Positions 61,093-64,000 of a stretch of DNA of 64,000 nt are shown here, piece after piece. Location of the stretch: NCBI GenBank assembly GCA_965235115.1, contig OZ249441.1:1860001-1924000 (forward strand). The letters run 5' to 3'. The notes under the pieces were generated by a model. That model ran no database searches, was not told where the DNA came from, and worked only from the letters and a program-made list of their open reading frames with translations. The translations under genes and the position numbers were made by a program. This DNA is from Laetmonice hystrix. Taxonomy: Eukaryota. Position 1 is the first letter of the stretch; each line of letters starts with the position of its first letter.

Positions 61093-63232
61093 GAATAAAC
61101 AGTCAATTAGAGTATAGACCCGGGAATAAACAGTCAATTATTGTATAGACCCAGGAATAAACAGTCAATTATTGTATAGACCCAGGAATAAACAGTCAAT
61201 TATAGCATAGACCCAGGAATAAACAGTCAATTATAGCATAGACCCAGGAATAAACAGTCAATTAGAATATAGACCCAGGAATAAACAGTCAATTATGGTA
61301 TAGACCCAGAAATAAACATTCAATTATAGCATAAACCCCGGAATAAACAGTCAATCATAGCATAGACCCAGGAATAAACAGTCAATTAGAGTATAGACCC
61401 AGGAATAAACAGTCAATTAGAGTATAGACCCAGGAATAAACAGTCAATTATTGTATAGACCCAGGAATAAACAGTCAATTAGAGTATAGACCCAGGAATA
61501 AACAGTCAATTATAGTATAGACCCAGGAATAAACAGTCAATTATAGCATAGACCCAGGAATAAACAGTCAATTATAGCATAGACCCAGGAATAAACAGTC
61601 AATTAGAATATAGACCCAGGAATAAACAGTCAATTATGGTATAGACCCAGAAATAAACAGTCAATTATAGCATAAACCCCGGAATAAACAGTCAATTATA
61701 GCATAGACCCAGGAATAAACAGTCAATTAGAGTATAGACCCAGGAATAAACAGTCAATTACAGTATAGACCCAGGAATAAACAGTCAATTAGAGTATAGA
61801 CCCAGGAATAAACAGTCAATTATAGCATAGACCCAGAAATAAACAGTCAATTAGAGTATAGACCCGGGAATAAACAGTCAAATAGAGTAGGCCCTATAGA
61901 CCCAGGAATAAACAGTCAATTATAGTATAAACCCAGGAATAAACAGTCAATTATAGCATAGACCCAGGAATAAACAGTCAATTATAGCATAGACCCAGGA
62001 ATAAACAGTCAATTAGAATATAGACCCAGGAATAAACAGTCAGTTATTGTATAGACCCAGGAATAAACAGTCAATTATAGCATAGACCCCGGAATAAACA
62101 GTCAATTAGCATAGACCCAGGAATAAACAGTCAATTATAGCATAGACCCAGGAATAAACAGTCAATTAAAGTATAGACCCAGGAATAAACAGTCAATTAA
62201 AGCATAGACCCCGGAATAAACAGTCAATTATAGCATAGACCCTGGAATAAACAGTCAATTAGAGTATAGACCCAGGAATAAACAGTCAATTAGAGTATAG
62301 ACCCAGGAATAAACAGTCAATTATTGTATAGACCCAGGAATAAACAGTCAATTATTGTATAGACCCAGGAATAAACAGTCAATTATTGTATAGACCCAGG
62401 AATAAACAGTCAATTATTGTATAGACCCAGGAATAAACAGTCAATTATTGTATAGACCCAGGAATAAACAGTCAATTATTGTATAGGCCCAGGAATAAAC
62501 AGTCAATTGTTGTATAGACCCAGGAATAAACAGTCAATTATTGTATAGACCCAGGAATAAACAGTCAATTATAGCATAGACCCCGGAATAAACAGTCAAT
62601 TATAGCATAGACCCAGGAATAAACAGTCAATTAAAGTATAGACCCGGGAATAAACAGTCAATTAGAGTATAGACCCAGGAATAAACAGTCAATTAGAGTA
62701 TAGACCCAGGAATAAACAGTCAATTATAGCATAGACCCAGGAATAAACAGTCAATTAAAGTATAGACCCAGGAATAAACAGTCAATTAGAGTATAGACCC
62801 AGGAATAAACAGTCAATTATAGCATAGACCCAGGAATAAACAGTCAATTAAAGTATAGACCCAGGAATAAACAGTCAATTAAAGCATAGACCCCGGAATA
62901 AACAGTCAATTATAGCATAGACCCTGGAATAAACAGTCAATTAGAGTATAGACCCAGGAATAAACAGTCAATTAGAGTATAGACCCAGGAATAAACAGTC
63001 AATTATTGTATAGACCCAGGAATAAACAGTCAATTAGAGTATAGACCCAGGAATAAACAGTCAATTATTGTATAGACCCAGGAATAAACAGTCAATTAGA
63101 GTATAGACCCAGGAATAAACAGTCAATTATAGTATAGACCCAGGAATAAACAGTCAATTAGAGTATAGACCCAGGAATAAACAGTCAATTATAGTATAGA
63201 CCCAGGAATAAACAGTCAATTATTGTATAGAC
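61093..63232. repeat. 31-bp minisatellite, ~69 copies
   Basis: Unit aggaataaacagtcaattatagcatagaccc with variant middle. Confidence 0.95.
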
Positions 63233-64000
63233 CCATGAATCGATATCATCTAGGTAGGTCCACACTAAGGACATTGCGCCTAAGAATAGTCTCATATATC
63301 GAGGACACGTTCGCAAGGACGGAAAGAACACATCAGGAGGCCATCCCCTAAATACCAAGATCGCCCCTGTCAATGTATATGTTATAAAGATGAACGGTTC
63401 CTGGCTACCCCCCCCCCCCCCCCCCCCCGCCCCAAACTACCAATAGCCTCCCACGCTCCTGCTCATCTTTCTCCACTCAGAAACATTCTCATTCTGCCAT
63501 CTTTAGTCATGTATAGACAGCTATTAACAGGTGTCTGTATACGATTTCTTCATCAACCTATTAATTTTTAAGAGAGCTCAGGCCCTACTTGTAAATTTAA
63601 CCACTGAAAGCGTAAGAAAGCATCGAGTTTTTATGAAAGTCACCAAGCCCATTCAACTGATTAATTTATTTCTTTTTTTAAAATCTGTTACTCGATTATT
63701 TATTTGTTTTTTCAACATCAGTGCCAAGTATTTGACAGAACTTCGTTACCCGATGTCGTGGTGTGAGTCCTTGAAAGCGCCGAATTCTAAATGTCCCTCA
63801 TAATTCCATTTTACCGATTCCATCCGATGCACACACATATTTAAGGTTTACAGTGTTGTATACATATACTTTTTCCTCTTGTTTACAACCTGGTGTATCA
63901 TACAGAAAGACGAGCAGATTTTTGTTGGCTTTGATCTCTCTCATCATCATCTCTCTCATCTCTCTGATCATCTCGCTAAACTGATTTCGCGATCCATTCC

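Noticed and set aside
61093-63232. Regular repeat array as a CRISPR-like locus
   Set aside because: There are no unique spacers and the context is eukaryotic; this is a simple 31-bp minisatellite.

Overview
Repeat-rich eukaryotic (marine invertebrate-like; lophotrochozoan/annelid is a guess) genomic window with three spliced genes reconstructed by hand. (1) RPF2 on the minus strand: 10 exons, 14898->3741, 323 aa. (2) CCDC81 on the plus strand, head-to-head with RPF2: 13 core exons, 15672->30251, 742 aa, plus two candidate frame-preserving extra exons. (3) A multi-copy neuropeptide precursor on the minus strand. Its 1.75-kb last exon (40995->39246) encodes about 30 dibasic-flanked W-[I/L/V]-D-x-x-[Q/H]-[F/Y] peptides (16 contain WIDSSQF) and three 4-Cys modules. 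Its putative signal peptide lies in two small, phase-compatible exons 13.4 kb upstream (54694-54643, 54491-54449), giving 614 aa. The rest is mostly minisatellite arrays, which generate nearly all of the other long ORFs, plus MITE-like inverted-repeat elements, a LINE 3' fragment and three N gaps. Several arrays are amplifications of the genes' own splice sites or stop-codon region. No rRNA, convincing tRNA or CRISPR array was seen.
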